Assembly (NCBI GenBank): GCA_965231125.1
Contig: OZ246414.1
Coordinates: 81,739 to 145,738, forward strand
Reading direction: 5' to 3'
Length of the DNA: 64,000 bases
Source of the DNA: an uncultured Gammaproteobacteria bacterium
GTDB lineage: Bacteria > Patescibacteriota > Microgenomatia > Woykebacterales > RBG-16-39-9b
The notes below the pieces were generated by a model that saw nothing but the letters and a program-made list of their open reading frames with translations, was not told the origin of the DNA and did no database searches. Of the stretch, positions 1 to 10,051 are shown in pieces; within the stretch, counting starts at the first letter, position 1, and each line of letters opens with the position of its first letter. A program made the position numbers and the translations under genes.

Positions 1-239
1 TTTATCACGACCAAAATCAAAAAGAGGCGGCTGAAAAAATAATCCAGAAAATGAACAAGGATGTTTATGAGGGCAAAATCGTCACTGAGCTTTCCCATTT
101 TGAAAAATTTTACCCGGCGGAAAATTATCACCAAGATTATTATGCGAAGAACTCTTCGGCCCCATATTGTCGTATTATAATCGACCCAAAAATCACAAAA
201 CTTTATAAGGAATTCAAAGAAATAACCAAGGAAAATTGA
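1..239 (+). CDS. msrA: peptide-methionine (S)-S-oxide reductase MsrA, C-terminal fragment (5' end outside window)
   Basis: Frame is open from the window edge (nt 3) to TGA 237-239. Translation YHDQNQKEAAEKIIQKMNKDVYEGKIVTEL..FYPAENYHQDYYAKN..PYC matches the conserved MsrA C-terminus. Confidence 0.8.
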   Translation, partial: YHDQNQKEAAEKIIQKMNKDVYEGKIVTELSHFEKFYPAENYHQDYYAKNSSAPYCRIIIDPKITKLYKEFKEITKEN

Positions 240-862
240 ACATCTTGTCTATCTTTGATTCGTGGATTGATTGGCTTGGGCCTTTTCTAACCCACCACGG
301 CGCTTACGCGCCAATATTACTGCTGGTTCTCGAGGAAGCTGGCCTTCCTCTTCCAGTCCCCAGTGATGTTATCTTAGCTTACACAGGCTATCAGATTTCC
401 CAAGGCGTTCTTTCCTACTCGATCGCGTTCGGAGCACTTCTTGCGTCAGTACTGACAGGCTCATCAATATTGTACTACCTATCTTCAAAGTACGGAAAGA
501 TTCTTGTCCTTAAACTTGGGCATTATCTTCATCTAAACGAGCAGAAGTTGCTGGTTGTTGAGGAGCATTTTAAAAAATACGGGCCTTGGGCGATAATTTT
601 TGGCCGTCATATCCCCGGTTTTCGGATACCCATAACCGTTTTTGCCGGCATATCTGGGGTCAGCTATAAAACTTTCATCATCAGCACTTTTATTTCCGTT
701 GTCTTTTGGATTGCAGCGTACCTCTCCCTCGGTGAGCGGCTCGGGCCAAAAACCGTCAGCTTACTCCACACTAACCCATTATATCTTTTAGTTGCCTTTA
801 TTCCCTTTATCTTTTTCATCTGTTCCATTGCCTTTATCTATTTCAAAAATAGAAATAATTAA
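236..862 (+). CDS. DedA/SNARE-associated family membrane protein
   Basis: 208 aa, multi-TM. VLEEAGLPLPVPSDVILAYTGY and GRHIPGFR strings are typical of DedA. TTG start overlaps the msrA stop. Confidence 0.7.
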   Translation: MNILSIFDSWIDWLGPFLTHHGAYAPILLLVLEEAGLPLPVPSDVILAYTGYQISQGVLSYSIAFGALLASVLTGSSILYYLSSKYGKILVLKLGHYLHLNEQKLLVVEEHFKKYGPWAIIFGRHIPGFRIPITVFAGISGVSYKTFIISTFISVVFWIAAYLSLGERLGPKTVSLLHTNPLYLLVAFIPFIFFICSIAFIYFKNRNN

Positions 863-918
863 ACTAACGTTGGGATTGGACACGTATGTTAATTAATGTA
901 TAATATGGAACCGTACGT

Positions 919-993
919 TCCGGCGTAGCTCAACGGTAGAGCAGGCGACTGTTAATCGTCTGGTTGTAGGTTCGAATCCTACCGCCGGAGCCA
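919..993 (+). tRNA. tRNA-Asn (anticodon GTT)
   Basis: Cloverleaf read by eye: acceptor tccggcg/cgccgga, anticodon loop ct-GTT-aa, T-arm ggttcgaatcc, encoded CCA. Confidence 0.9.
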
Positions 994-1094
994 AACTTTT
1001 TAGCCTCATTTTTTTATTTCCTGAAATACTCTCTTTTATTTAAATAGGAAAAGTGAAATGATTGACGGGTAAAACTGTAAGGGGGTGATTATTT

Positions 1095-1367
1095 ATGCCA
1101 ATAGGAACGTTCTTAGATTCAATGCCATCCGTCTTATTTATCTCAACCCATATAGTACTTCTTTTGATTGGTTTGTGGGCTGTCAAAAAAGCAATGGATA
1201 TGAAACTACCTTATGCCTCAGCTTTTTGGCTTTATCCGGTTGTGCACGTTGGATTCCTTGCCTACTTTGGAGGACTCTTTACGTTTAAGATGGCTGTCTT
1301 GCTCGAGCAAATGCTCATAGTGGTTATGGTACTTTGGATAGTTAGTAAAGCTCAGAAAGCAAGTTAG
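1095..1367 (+). CDS. small 3-TM membrane protein, paralog A (unknown function)
   Basis: 90 aa, GGGGGTGA SD 8 nt upstream. 75/90 residues identical to the ORF at 2038-2310. Confidence 0.6.
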   Translation: MPIGTFLDSMPSVLFISTHIVLLLIGLWAVKKAMDMKLPYASAFWLYPVVHVGFLAYFGGLFTFKMAVLLEQMLIVVMVLWIVSKAQKAS

Positions 1368-1392
1368 GAATAAATTTTAACGATTTTTTTAA

Positions 1393-1426
1393 GAAAAACG
1401 ATTCGTGAGGGTCGTTTTTCTTTTCG
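1393..1426 (+). terminator. rho-independent terminator of paralog A
   Basis: gaaaaacga / tcgtttttc stem followed by a T-run. An almost identical hairpin follows paralog B. Confidence 0.6.
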
Positions 1427-1520
1427 TAAAAATTCCAATCAAATGTTCTAAGTGCGTCAAGTAGCGGGAGCCATGAACCAGTCACTTAGTTCCGGTTCAC
1501 GGCTTTACTAAAAACCCAGG

Positions 1521-1847
1521 TCACATCCCAGGTATTGGCAGCATTTCAAAGACATCAATAGAGGTTCCTGGTCTTTTTAAATGAGGATGCGTTTTCAGAA
1601 GTTCCAAGAGAGCTTCTTTCGATTCGCCTTCAACAATAGAGTATCCAGAAACTGGATTATCACCTTCTGTTATTCCTTCTGCGGTAACTCGTTTCACTAC
1701 CTGGAGTGGTAAGCCAAAATCCACTTTGAAGTTTTTACTAACCTCGTCTCTCCATTTCAGCCATTCATCCATACTGGCCTTTACCTGCTCGGGGCCAGCA
1801 TTAGACATTACTTCGCTTGCTGACTCCTCTGAATTGTAGAAAATCAT
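1521..1847 (-). CDS. hypothetical small cytoplasmic protein (108 aa)
   Basis: ORF with no TM segment. I recognise no family with confidence (an alpha/beta-barrel YCII/Dabb-like guess only). Confidence 0.45.
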   Translation of the reverse strand: MIFYNSEESASEVMSNAGPEQVKASMDEWLKWRDEVSKNFKVDFGLPLQVVKRVTAEGITEGDNPVSGYSIVEGESKEALLELLKTHPHLKRPGTSIDVFEMLPIPGM

Positions 1848-1888
1848 AAATTTCGCCGTAATACACCTCCAGTTAGTTTAACTACTTC

Positions 1889-1913
1889 CATGGTAGTGCT
1901 ACCATGCTAAAAT
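1889..1913 (+). promoter_or_regulatory. perfect palindrome catggtag-tg-ctaccatg abutting an extended -10 (TGcTAAAAT); candidate operator plus promoter for paralog B
   Basis: 8+8 bp palindrome at 1889-1906, TG 1905-1906, TAAAAT 1908-1913. Lies between divergent genes. Confidence 0.4.
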
Positions 1914-2037
1914 CTCAAGCTTAAGTTACAACATAGGGATTTTAGCTTTGGCTTCTACCTTTAAAAATAACCACTACTCTTTTTTAAATATTCATATAAA
2001 ATGTTTGTTAGGCGAATAATAAAGGAGGTGATATTTT

Positions 2038-2310
2038 ATGCCGATAGGAACATTTCTAGATTCAATGCCTACAATCTTATTTATCTCGACCCATGTGGTT
2101 TTTCTATTGATTGGTCTGTGGGCTGTCAAAAAAGCTTTGGATATGAACCTACCATTTGCGAAGGCTTTTTGGCTCTATCCGTTGGTGCACATTGGATTTC
2201 TTTCCTACTTTGGGGGTATCTTTACGTTTAAGATGGCGGTTCTGCTCGAGCAAATACTTATAGTTATTATGGTTGTTTGGATAGTTAGTAAAGCCCAGAA
2301 AGCAAGTTAA
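2038..2310 (+). CDS. small 3-TM membrane protein, paralog B
   Basis: 90 aa, AAGGAGGTGA SD. Paralog of 1095-1367. Confidence 0.6.
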   Translation: MPIGTFLDSMPTILFISTHVVFLLIGLWAVKKALDMNLPFAKAFWLYPLVHIGFLSYFGGIFTFKMAVLLEQILIVIMVVWIVSKAQKAS

Positions 2311-2335
2311 AAATAGATTTTAATGACTTTTTGAA

Positions 2336-2370
2336 GAAAAACGATCCAAGACGGGTCGTTTTTCTTTTGT
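2336..2370 (+). terminator. rho-independent terminator of paralog B
   Basis: Same gaaaaacga / tcgtttttc stem plus T-run as at 1393-1426. Confidence 0.6.
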
Positions 2371-2486
2371 TATGAAAAAGTATAAAAGATTCTAACGTCA
2401 TCTATTAAGCGGCGGCAGTGGTTTTTAACCTCCAATTTTCCCAGATTACTCTTTTATTTCCTTAGACAAAGTGAGATGATTTGTAA

Positions 2487-3368
2487 GTGGATGAAAAAAC
2501 GAATTCACCAAGCGGCTCTAAACGAAACTTAGTCTTGATTGGTTTAGGGGTGGCAATTCTTGCTCTTGCTTCGACTACTTGGGTTGCTTCGCAATATAAA
2601 ACTACAGCTTTAGAAAAAACTCCTACAACTTCAAAACAAACGAGGGCTACCAAATCTCCAAGCAAGGGGACAACCAAAACTACTGTTCCGAGTAAAGCAA
2701 AAACCAAAACTACAGTTATTGGCCCTGGGGAATCAGCCGAGGTCGACTGCGGCGTTGGTACTGGTGGTACCGAACCTCGATTAGATAGCAGTTCTAACCT
2801 CAAATTTACAACAATCGGTGGGGAGAAGAGAACTCTGAATGTCTACTTAGTGGATAAAGATTATAAACGTGCCGCTGGAGCTCGTCTGAAATGGACATTT
2901 GGGGATTGGGGCTTTGAGGGAAGTCTAGAAATTGATGGGTGTAGCGCGACTTTCACGCCACCCACTTCTATAGGTACAGCTTACAATGCTGGTGCCCATT
3001 TTTATATCAAGGCTGTCTTGCCTACCCCGCCTCCTTCTAAACCAGTTAGTCCAGGTGAGGCAGGACCAATTTTTGCTGGATATACACTTGAACAATCTAT
3101 ACTTGTTTATGACAGCAACAATGGCGGTTCGACTGGCTGTTATGATCCGGCCGGAGTTGCTATTTCTATTAATTCAGTCTCCACGTTCAGCAACGTGCAA
3201 ATAGTAGTAAATACTCCAAGGTACACTGGCCGTAGCTACAGCAGTCGAGTTGCAACAGTCCGTGATGGTCCAGGAACGTACGAGATATACTTCTATGTCA
3301 ACGGTTCTTTGTATGACTCTACCACCTCGCAAGTTGGGGAATGCCAGTTAGCAACGGTAAAACGGTGA
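2487..3368 (+). CDS. N-terminally anchored secreted protein with Thr/Lys-rich linker (unknown function)
   Basis: 293 aa, GTG start, one N-terminal TM (LVLIGLGVAILALAS), low-complexity TTSKQTRATKSPSKGTTKTT linker. Confidence 0.5.
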   Translation: MDEKTNSPSGSKRNLVLIGLGVAILALASTTWVASQYKTTALEKTPTTSKQTRATKSPSKGTTKTTVPSKAKTKTTVIGPGESAEVDCGVGTGGTEPRLDSSSNLKFTTIGGEKRTLNVYLVDKDYKRAAGARLKWTFGDWGFEGSLEIDGCSATFTPPTSIGTAYNAGAHFYIKAVLPTPPPSKPVSPGEAGPIFAGYTLEQSILVYDSNNGGSTGCYDPAGVAISINSVSTFSNVQIVVNTPRYTGRSYSSRVATVRDGPGTYEIYFYVNGSLYDSTTSQVGECQLATVKR

Positions 3369-3386
3369 AATTGATAAAGGTTGCCC

Positions 3387-3986
3387 ATGAAGAATAACAC
3401 AGGATTTTCAGTCATCATTCTATTGATCATTTTGGGACTAGTAGCGGGCGCTACGGTGTATGTTGCTAGGGAAAACCCCTCGATATTTAGAACCGTAGAA
3501 CAGAAACTCAAGACAATGATAACCCCAAAGCCACCGATTGGTAATCTAACACCCTCTCGCGACCTTAAGGGAACCTGGACTTCGGCCATTAGAGGCAAGG
3601 GAATCCAATTATACGGCCAATTCGCCACCGGACCTAGTACTACGAAAGTTTACGAAGATGGCGATGTTAAATTAGTAATAAATACGGTGAAGAACAATAT
3701 TGCTTATGGAAATATACGTTACACCAATCTGTGCTCTTCTGGCCAAACGTCTGTTCCCGGCTATGGCTATATTTCTGTACCAAAACAGTGCACCAGCGAT
3801 TCAGGGGCTAGGCCAATTCAAATAAGAGTTAGTGGTAGCCGGCTGGATTTTGGGACAATTGCCACTGGCAGTGCCACTTTTTCTATGCAGGGCAGTTATA
3901 CAACCCACATTATCTCTGGAACAATGACGATGACCACCTCTTATGGTGTTATTAAGGGGGAGTTCCATCTTAATCGTGTGCGATAG
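3387..3986 (+). CDS. N-terminally anchored secreted protein (unknown function)
   Basis: ATG at 3387 (MKNNTGFSVIILLIILGLVAG). The ORF track starts 2 codons earlier at TTG 3381. Confidence 0.5.
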   Translation: MKNNTGFSVIILLIILGLVAGATVYVARENPSIFRTVEQKLKTMITPKPPIGNLTPSRDLKGTWTSAIRGKGIQLYGQFATGPSTTKVYEDGDVKLVINTVKNNIAYGNIRYTNLCSSGQTSVPGYGYISVPKQCTSDSGARPIQIRVSGSRLDFGTIATGSATFSMQGSYTTHIISGTMTMTTSYGVIKGEFHLNRVR

Positions 3987-4083
3987 CTAGATCAATTGTT
4001 GGATAAAAATTTCTAACATCGTTCACGACTCGGAGCCACGATTTTTAGCCTCAAATTTTAATACCTGGGAAGTCTGTTGCCGG

Positions 4084-4812
4084 CTAGCGGATTTGGAAGT
4101 TGACGGTTACGGTATAGGTAACTTCTTGCTCACCAGTTAATAAAACTGGAGGAGTAGAAGTTGAGGAGTCGCTACTAGGTACTGACTTTCCCTCTAGGGT
4201 TATAGGCCCACCAAACTGTGGTTCGGAAACTGAAATGACCTTCCCTACCTTAACTCCCAGCTCTTTCGCAGTTTGATCAGCTTTCGATCTTGCGTCAGAC
4301 AAGGCTTTACCACGAACCTCGCTTTCTAACTGTTTGCGGGTTTCATTGGCGAACGTACTTTGAGGGGAAACGCTATAAAGCGGACCTGTAATTGTTAAAT
4401 AATCAAGAATTTTTTGGGCTAAAACTTTATCGTTGATGGTAACTGTCAATGAGAACTGGGCAGTGATCTCATCAGTTTCTCGACCAGTTAACGGTTCGTA
4501 CCTTTTCTGGGTTGTAACATTAGTCTGAATAGATTTATCAGCAACTCCAAGTTTCTTTAACTTTGCCACCACACTATTACCTAGTTTTGAAACCTCGGAA
4601 ATAGCGGTGGTAGAATCTTTAGCCTTTTTCTCATAAACCGGTGAAAAAATAAATTCGTCTGGAGCTGCTTTGAGCGTTGCTTCCCCTTGGATTGAAATAG
4701 TTCGCTTTTCTGTACTTCCCCAAGGTCGCCAAACAAAAGCCATGGAAACAATAACAACTAGCAGTACCGCGCTTAAAATCCTAAAATCGAGTCGAAGGTT
4801 AATTGAACCCAT
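4084..4812 (-). CDS. SIMPL/DUF541 family periplasmic-type protein
   Basis: 242 aa, N-terminal TM. The overall pattern (ISIQGEATLKAAPDE ... TVNFQI) resembles SIMPL domain proteins. Confidence 0.6.
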   Translation of the reverse strand: MGSINLRLDFRILSAVLLVVIVSMAFVWRPWGSTEKRTISIQGEATLKAAPDEFIFSPVYEKKAKDSTTAISEVSKLGNSVVAKLKKLGVADKSIQTNVTTQKRYEPLTGRETDEITAQFSLTVTINDKVLAQKILDYLTITGPLYSVSPQSTFANETRKQLESEVRGKALSDARSKADQTAKELGVKVGKVISVSEPQFGGPITLEGKSVPSSDSSTSTPPVLLTGEQEVTYTVTVNFQIR

Positions 4813-4915
4813 TTCCTTAATGCTAGCATATTTTTAGGAAAAAGTATAAAAATTTCTAACTTCCTTTACCAAACGGGGCCAATCATAGGCATTACAGACT
4901 TGATATAATTTCAGT

Positions 4916-5416
4916 ATGAAGAGTCAAGAGAAGAGGTACCGAGTAGACTCGTTTGTCGGAATAAAGAAAATACTTGACGAGGCCGGTGCGAAAAAAGGAA
5001 AAGAGATTGTCACGACACACTATTACGCCCAGCAAGATGGTAATGATGTCGTCAAGTTGGTGGATTATGACAATCGAAACGAGATTCATATTCTTAAAGA
5101 ATCAGATGGAAATTTTTCTCTCACTGAAAAAATACCAGTAGAAAGTGTCGATGTGGGTTTAAAATGGCTTGAAGACAAAGGGTACGAAACAGTTGACGTT
5201 GTTAAGATGATTTATACAGACTACGAATACAAAGGTGGTTTGGTCGGTCTGTACATAATTGACGATTTTCTCCATTCTGTAATTCTAGATTTTCCGCCCG
5301 GACAACATAAAGCGATAGGAAAAGGGTTTGGGTTGAGTAACGCCGAAATCATTAGCGTTCCGTATAATAAATATCTTAAAGAAATTGGTCGTCTCCGCTC
5401 AATGAAACTTAGTTAA
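4916..5416 (+). CDS. hypothetical protein, possibly CYTH-like
   Basis: 166 aa. Weak resemblance of the N-terminus (EKRYRV..L...GA......Q.D.YY) to CYTH/class IV cyclase folds. Low confidence. Confidence 0.3.
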   Translation: MKSQEKRYRVDSFVGIKKILDEAGAKKGKEIVTTHYYAQQDGNDVVKLVDYDNRNEIHILKESDGNFSLTEKIPVESVDVGLKWLEDKGYETVDVVKMIYTDYEYKGGLVGLYIIDDFLHSVILDFPPGQHKAIGKGFGLSNAEIISVPYNKYLKEIGRLRSMKLS

Positions 5417-5427
5417 TAGGAGATTTT

Positions 5428-5901
5428 CTAAGTATGGCGGTCGGCAATTTTAGTGGCCCCGAAGGATTCCGGCTTAATTTTAAATTCAAAACCGCTACCT
5501 AAAACCATTCCGGTCACCCAACGAATCATGTCTCGTGTGGCACCATCTTCCCCAACGTCAAGATGAACCTCTGGCTCGTAGCCAGAAAGTCCGTTGTGTT
5601 GAAAAGTATCGCGAAGTTTCCAGGCAAGTTCAATTGAAAGTTGAGTTTCTTTTGCAATTCTTTCTTGAATGGAAAAAGTTTTTTGGGAAGTATTTCTTTG
5701 CCAAAAGTACACTCCACCTTTGCCAAGTCGGTGCACCACTACGGCCGTGGCAAACTCGACGTGAGAATTTCTCGCTTCAGAATCTGTCCCGACAATAATT
5801 TTATATTTAAAATTAGCGTCTTCTTTTATATAACCGGCCACTTTTTTTATCATTTCCTCGTAGCTTAAAGACCCAAGAGTCGGCGAGATAAAATTATCCA
5901 T
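5428..5901 (-). CDS. YkuK/DUF458 family (RNase H-like fold) protein
   Basis: 157 aa. YKIIVGTDSEARNSHVEFATAVVVHRLGKGGVYFW matches the conserved core of the DUF458 family. Confidence 0.6.
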   Translation of the reverse strand: MDNFISPTLGSLSYEEMIKKVAGYIKEDANFKYKIIVGTDSEARNSHVEFATAVVVHRLGKGGVYFWQRNTSQKTFSIQERIAKETQLSIELAWKLRDTFQHNGLSGYEPEVHLDVGEDGATRDMIRWVTGMVLGSGFEFKIKPESFGATKIADRHT

Positions 5902-5945
5902 AAAGGGCTATTTTACAATTTTTTGGCCGCTTTGCCAAGTTTGAC

Positions 5946-6404
5946 TTAAAGAAAACTTTTGAGAATGGTTATACCGCTTCCCCAAACTAACCCCGTCCAA
6001 AGTATCGAATTGGCGTATGTGCCGGCGACAAGCAAAGCTTTGGCTCTGGCTCCTCTAAAATTTAGAAGTCGAAAAGCCAGCGCCAATGGAAAGGGCCCCG
6101 CCGAAAAAACTAGCGGCAAGAGACTTGCTTCTGTACCTACTTTGAGAGATTTTTGATATGAGGGCGGTAATCTTTCAATCCAGTGGTTCACTTTGTCCAA
6201 TGCTCCTTCCGCAAAAAGGCTCTCGTAAAAAAACAAAACCAAAACACTTGCCAGAGTCCCCATAACTATAGTGGCCGGCACCACCCCAAAAAGGGCAATT
6301 AAACTTATGGTAAGAAATTTAAACAGGGTTACCGGTAGTGGTCCGTTAATTGGTCCGGGCCAGATACTTGCGGCGATTGCGAGGCGAAGTGTTCTCGACA
6401 TCAT
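5946..6404 (-). CDS. small multi-TM membrane protein (unknown function)
   Basis: 152 aa with about 4 hydrophobic segments. Confidence 0.5.
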   Translation of the reverse strand: MMSRTLRLAIAASIWPGPINGPLPVTLFKFLTISLIALFGVVPATIVMGTLASVLVLFFYESLFAEGALDKVNHWIERLPPSYQKSLKVGTEASLLPLVFSAGPFPLALAFRLLNFRGARAKALLVAGTYANSILWTGLVWGSGITILKSFL

Positions 6405-6501
6405 AGAAAGTTAGTTACCTACTCAAGATAATCTTTTAGTTTCTTTAGCCCGCGACCTGTCCGCCGGCAGGCGGGAGTGGTCGCAAGAAGCTGACACCTT
6501 T

Positions 6502-7563
6502 TTACTCTAAGTAGTCCTTAAGCTTCTTTGATCTTGTCGGGTGACGCAACTTTCGCAGTGCCTTGGCTTCTATTTGGCGGATTCGCTCCCGAGTTACTCC
6601 AAACTCCCGTCCTACTTCTTCCAAAGTGCGCTGGCGGCCGTCTTCTAAACCAAAGCGCAACTTTAAAACTTTTTTTTCTCGGTCATTAAGAGTGTCTAAA
6701 ACCTCGGAAAGGTGCGATTTAAGTAACTCAACGCTGGCTTGGTCTTCAGGACGGATTTCTTCATCCGGAATAAAATCTCCTAAAGTGGAGTCTTTTTCCT
6801 CACCAACTGGCGCTTCCAAACTTGTTGGCTGCTGGGAAACTTTTATAATTTCTCGAACCTTTTCCGGCTCAATTTCCATTTCCGCTGCAATTTCCTCTGG
6901 AGTCGGCTCGCGGCCCAGTTCTTGCATCAGCATCCGGCTAACCCGGATAAAACGGTTGATTGTCTCAACCATGTGCACCGGAATCCGGATAGTTCTTGCT
7001 TGGTCGGCAATTGCCCGAGTAATCGCTTGACGAATCCACCAAGTGGCGTAAGTCGAAAATTTATACCCTTTACGCCAGTCAAACTTTTCCACCGCCCTCA
7101 TTAAACCGATGTTGCCTTCTTCGATAAGATCCAGCAGTGAGAGCCCCCGACCAACGTATTTCTTGGCAATTGAAACAACAAGTCTTAAGTTAGAATTTAT
7201 CAGGCGCTCTTTGGCTTTCGCATCGCCACGTTCGGATCTTTTTGCTAGATCGGTTTCTTCCAAAGCTGTCAGAAGAGGCACGCGGCCTATCTCTTTCAAG
7301 TACATTCTAACTGGATCGGTAATTTGAACTTTACCAAGAGTCTCAATAACCTCTATCTCTTTTTCCAGTTCTCCCGCCTTTTTTTCCTCCCCAATTTCAA
7401 AAACGTCGACCCCTTCCTCAGCAAGTCTTGTGTAAAGCTCGTCCAGTGCTATTACATCCACCTCTGCCTCTGGGAAAATTTCCAAAATATCATCCTGAGT
7501 AACAAAACCCTGGTCTTTCCCTTTTTTAATTAAATCTTGAACTGTTTTAAGTGCTTTAGCCAT
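6502..7563 (-). CDS. rpoD: RNA polymerase sigma-70 factor RpoD
   Basis: 353 aa with regions 1.2-4.2: [57 protein letters not shown]. Confidence 0.95.
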   Translation of the reverse strand: MAKALKTVQDLIKKGKDQGFVTQDDILEIFPEAEVDVIALDELYTRLAEEGVDVFEIGEEKKAGELEKEIEVIETLGKVQITDPVRMYLKEIGRVPLLTALEETDLAKRSERGDAKAKERLINSNLRLVVSIAKKYVGRGLSLLDLIEEGNIGLMRAVEKFDWRKGYKFSTYATWWIRQAITRAIADQARTIRIPVHMVETINRFIRVSRMLMQELGREPTPEEIAAEMEIEPEKVREIIKVSQQPTSLEAPVGEEKDSTLGDFIPDEEIRPEDQASVELLKSHLSEVLDTLNDREKKVLKLRFGLEDGRQRTLEEVGREFGVTRERIRQIEAKALRKLRHPTRSKKLKDYLE

Positions 7564-7565
7564 AA

Positions 7566-9350
7566 TTAGCGAGATTCGCTTTTAAGTTGGGTGAGTTGGA
7601 GTGAAAGATCACGAAATTGTTTAGTTAAATTTTGTATCTTAGTTTCTTGTGAAACAGCTTCCGCTTGCTTGATTTCTAGTCCCAGCTTGCGCAGTTTCGT
7701 TCGTAAGTTTAACTCTTTGATTCGGCTCATGCAAGAGGAGATTTCTTTTTCTGAGCTTTCCGGGGAACCCTCTATCTCTTCACCAAGGTCATACAATATC
7801 GACTCGTCGTACAAAGGAAGAAGGCTTTCTGGAACTTGATTAGAAAAAGTTTTTAATTTTAGCCGACCTTCACTTTTAACTTGGTTTTTAATAAGCTTGA
7901 ATAAAGATTTTGTTTCTTCTTTATAGAAAAATTCTTCGGACAATTCTGCAGGTAAAACTCCGGTCTGTAAAACTAGCACCAGCAAATATTTTTCTAAGAT
8001 ATCTATCCTACTGCTTTTGGCGGCAGGGGTCTGTTCCACGACAGCCTGTTCAGTGTAACCGGCCGTGGTAACCGCTGTCCTTGGCAAGTATTTTTTCAAA
8101 TCGGCTCTTACTGCCTCTTCACTAACATCCAAAAGAGCGGCTATTTTTTGAATGTAATGGTCGCGACTAATTTCGTCGGCGATTTTCGCAATAAAAGGCA
8201 GAACTTCTTTTGAGATTTGCCGTTTACCTTCCGCTTCAGTTAGGTTAGATTGTCGAGCGGCCACGCTAATAACGAAATCGTAAACTGGTACAGCCTTTTT
8301 TATTCTCTCCTTCCAGACAGTTGGGTTTTTCCGAATTAAAAGATCTGGGTCTTTATCTTCGCCGAGTTCAATAACTTTGACAGAAAATCCTGCCTCTTCA
8401 GCAAGTTCAATTCCTCTTTTGGCGGCGGAACCGCCGGCAATATCCACGTCAAACCCAAATAACAGTTTATCGGCGGTTCTTCTTAAAATAGTAAGCTGCT
8501 TTTCTGTCAAAGCAGTTCCCAAGGGCGCAACCGTGTTGGTAACTCCAACTTGGTGGGAAGAAATAACGTCCAGGTTTCCTTCAACCAAAATCGCCGTCTT
8601 TTGCCGGCTTATTTCCCCTTTGGCTAGATCGATACCATAAAGGGAATTACTTTTGTTAAACACGATGCTATCGGGGGAATTTAAATATTTTGGCTCGCGC
8701 GAACCAAGAGCTCTACCAGAAAAAGCAACTACCCGTCCTTGGGAATCTTTAATCGGGAACATCACCCGACCTTTAAACCTGTCAAAATTTTTATTGCCGT
8801 CACCGGAAACGCTCACCCCAGCTGCTCCCAGATCTTCTTTCGAAAAACCTTTTTTAAAGAAAAAACGCGTCGCCAAATCTTGCCTTTCCGGGGCAAAACC
8901 GAGTTGAAATTTTTTTATTGAGGGGTCCGAGATTTTTCTCGCGTGCAGGTATCCAAGGGCCGCTTTTCCCACCTCATGCTTTGTTAGAAGGAAATTGTAA
9001 AGCTCGGCCGCGAGTTTGTTTATCGAAAATATCAGTTCTCTTCTCTTCTCAATTCCGCTCGGTTTATACTCCTTCAGTTGCACACCGGCTCGGGCGGCAA
9101 GTTTCCTAATCGCCTCCCCGAACTCTACACCATCTGCTCTTTTTACAAAAGCAAAAACATCTCCGCCCTCCCCGCAACCAAAACATTTAAAAATTTGCCT
9201 GTCGGCCGAAACCATAAAGGAGGGGGTCTTTTCAGCATGAAAAGGGCACAGTGCCTTGTAGTTGCGCCCGGCTTTTTTCAAAGATACATACTCGCCAATT
9301 AAAGCAACAATATCTACCTTACGTTTTATCTCTTCTATCTGATTATCCAT
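7566..9350 (-). CDS. dnaG: DNA primase DnaG
   Basis: Zn-ribbon [16 protein letters not shown] and TOPRIM EGNLDV. Start set at ATG 9350 (MDNQIEEIK) because the longer ORF runs through the tRNA-Ser gene. Confidence 0.9.
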   Translation of the reverse strand: MDNQIEEIKRKVDIVALIGEYVSLKKAGRNYKALCPFHAEKTPSFMVSADRQIFKCFGCGEGGDVFAFVKRADGVEFGEAIRKLAARAGVQLKEYKPSGIEKRRELIFSINKLAAELYNFLLTKHEVGKAALGYLHARKISDPSIKKFQLGFAPERQDLATRFFFKKGFSKEDLGAAGVSVSGDGNKNFDRFKGRVMFPIKDSQGRVVAFSGRALGSREPKYLNSPDSIVFNKSNSLYGIDLAKGEISRQKTAILVEGNLDVISSHQVGVTNTVAPLGTALTEKQLTILRRTADKLLFGFDVDIAGGSAAKRGIELAEEAGFSVKVIELGEDKDPDLLIRKNPTVWKERIKKAVPVYDFVISVAARQSNLTEAEGKRQISKEVLPFIAKIADEISRDHYIQKIAALLDVSEEAVRADLKKYLPRTAVTTAGYTEQAVVEQTPAAKSSRIDILEKYLLVLVLQTGVLPAELSEEFFYKEETKSLFKLIKNQVKSEGRLKLKTFSNQVPESLLPLYDESILYDLGEEIEGSPESSEKEISSCMSRIKELNLRTKLRKLGLEIKQAEAVSQETKIQNLTKQFRDLSLQLTQLKSESR

Positions 9351-9360
9351 CAAATTTGAA

Positions 9361-9450
9361 TGGCGGAGGGGGTGGGATTTGAACCCACGATACCCTTGCG
9401 GGCATGCACGCTTTCCAAGCGTGTGCACTAGGCCACTATGCGACCCCTCC
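9361..9450 (-). tRNA. tRNA-Ser (anticodon GGA)
   Basis: Reverse complement ggaggggtcgcatagtgg...ct-t-GGA-aa...long variable arm...gggttcaaatccc...ccctccgcca. Confidence 0.9.
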
Positions 9451-9484
9451 AAGTTCAGCCATTATACCAGAAAAATAAATTAAC

Positions 9485-9513
9485 TTGACTAGACAAGCAA
9501 GCAGTAGTATTAT
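9485..9513 (+). promoter_or_regulatory. sigma-70-type promoter TTGACT-N17-TATTAT for the GC-rich ORF
   Basis: TTGACT 9485-9490, 17-nt spacer, TATTAT 9508-9513. Confidence 0.45.
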
Positions 9514-9568
9514 TTGTTCCACAAGGACAGAGGTTTGTTTGGTCGGGCAAAAAGGAAGGAAGGTGCAC

Positions 9569-10051
9569 ATGAAACTCCGAGGAATCTTGACGATGCTATT
9601 CGCGATGTTCGCTTTCGCGCTCACCATCGTCGCGGCTCTCGCCGGTACGAGTGCTTCGTACGCGGTGCCGGCAACACAAGGCATCAAGACGACAAGCCAC
9701 CGACGCAGCTTGCTGGCAACGCTGCTGTTACCTGTAGCGTTCCTCGCAGGTCTACTGCTGACAATCACCAACATCAACGTGACGACGTCAACCGACACAC
9801 CGACGGACACACCGACCGCAAAACACCGCAGATGGGGCCTGTTCGCTCTGATCACTGGAGCAATCGGCGCTCTCATGCTGCTGTTACGACTGTCGACAAC
9901 CGGCACCGACGATCGAGTTCCGATCGAACGTCTGCAAACGCACCTTGACCAGAGCAGGTCGGGCGCGGGGACGAAGGGCGACGGCGACGTTCATCACAAA
10001 GAGGTCAACTACACGACTCCTGTTCCGGTAGCGGCTCCCGCCGGCACGTGA
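9569..10051 (+). CDS. GC-rich membrane/secreted protein (160 aa, unknown function)
   Basis: ATG 9569 preceded by ggaaggaagg. Signal-like MKLRGILTMLFAMFAFALTIVAALA, two further TM segments and a TDTPTDTPT repeat. Composition visibly GC-richer than the neighbours. Confidence 0.5.
   Translation: MKLRGILTMLFAMFAFALTIVAALAGTSASYAVPATQGIKTTSHRRSLLATLLLPVAFLAGLLLTITNINVTTSTDTPTDTPTAKHRRWGLFALITGAIGALMLLLRLSTTGTDDRVPIERLQTHLDQSRSGAGTKGDGDVHHKEVNYTTPVPVAAPAGT

Noticed and set aside
3387-3986. Type IV (pseudo)pilin call from MKNNTG/FSVIILLIILG
   Set aside because: A G/F junction is present, but the conserved Glu at +5 is missing (Ile instead). There is no adjacent pilus assembly gene. I kept it as a generic anchored secreted protein.
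6563-7533. Multiple 60-155 aa ORFs antisense to rpoD (and similar ones antisense to dnaG, groEL, valS, VirB4, the orphan gene and others)
   Set aside because: They are fully nested opposite strongly supported genes, with no SD and low-complexity translations. They are typical shadow ORFs.
7566-9452. ORF-track DnaG start at 9452 (628 aa)
   Set aside because: The first 34 codons run through the tRNA-Ser(GGA) gene (9361-9450). The conserved primase N-terminus begins at ATG 9350.
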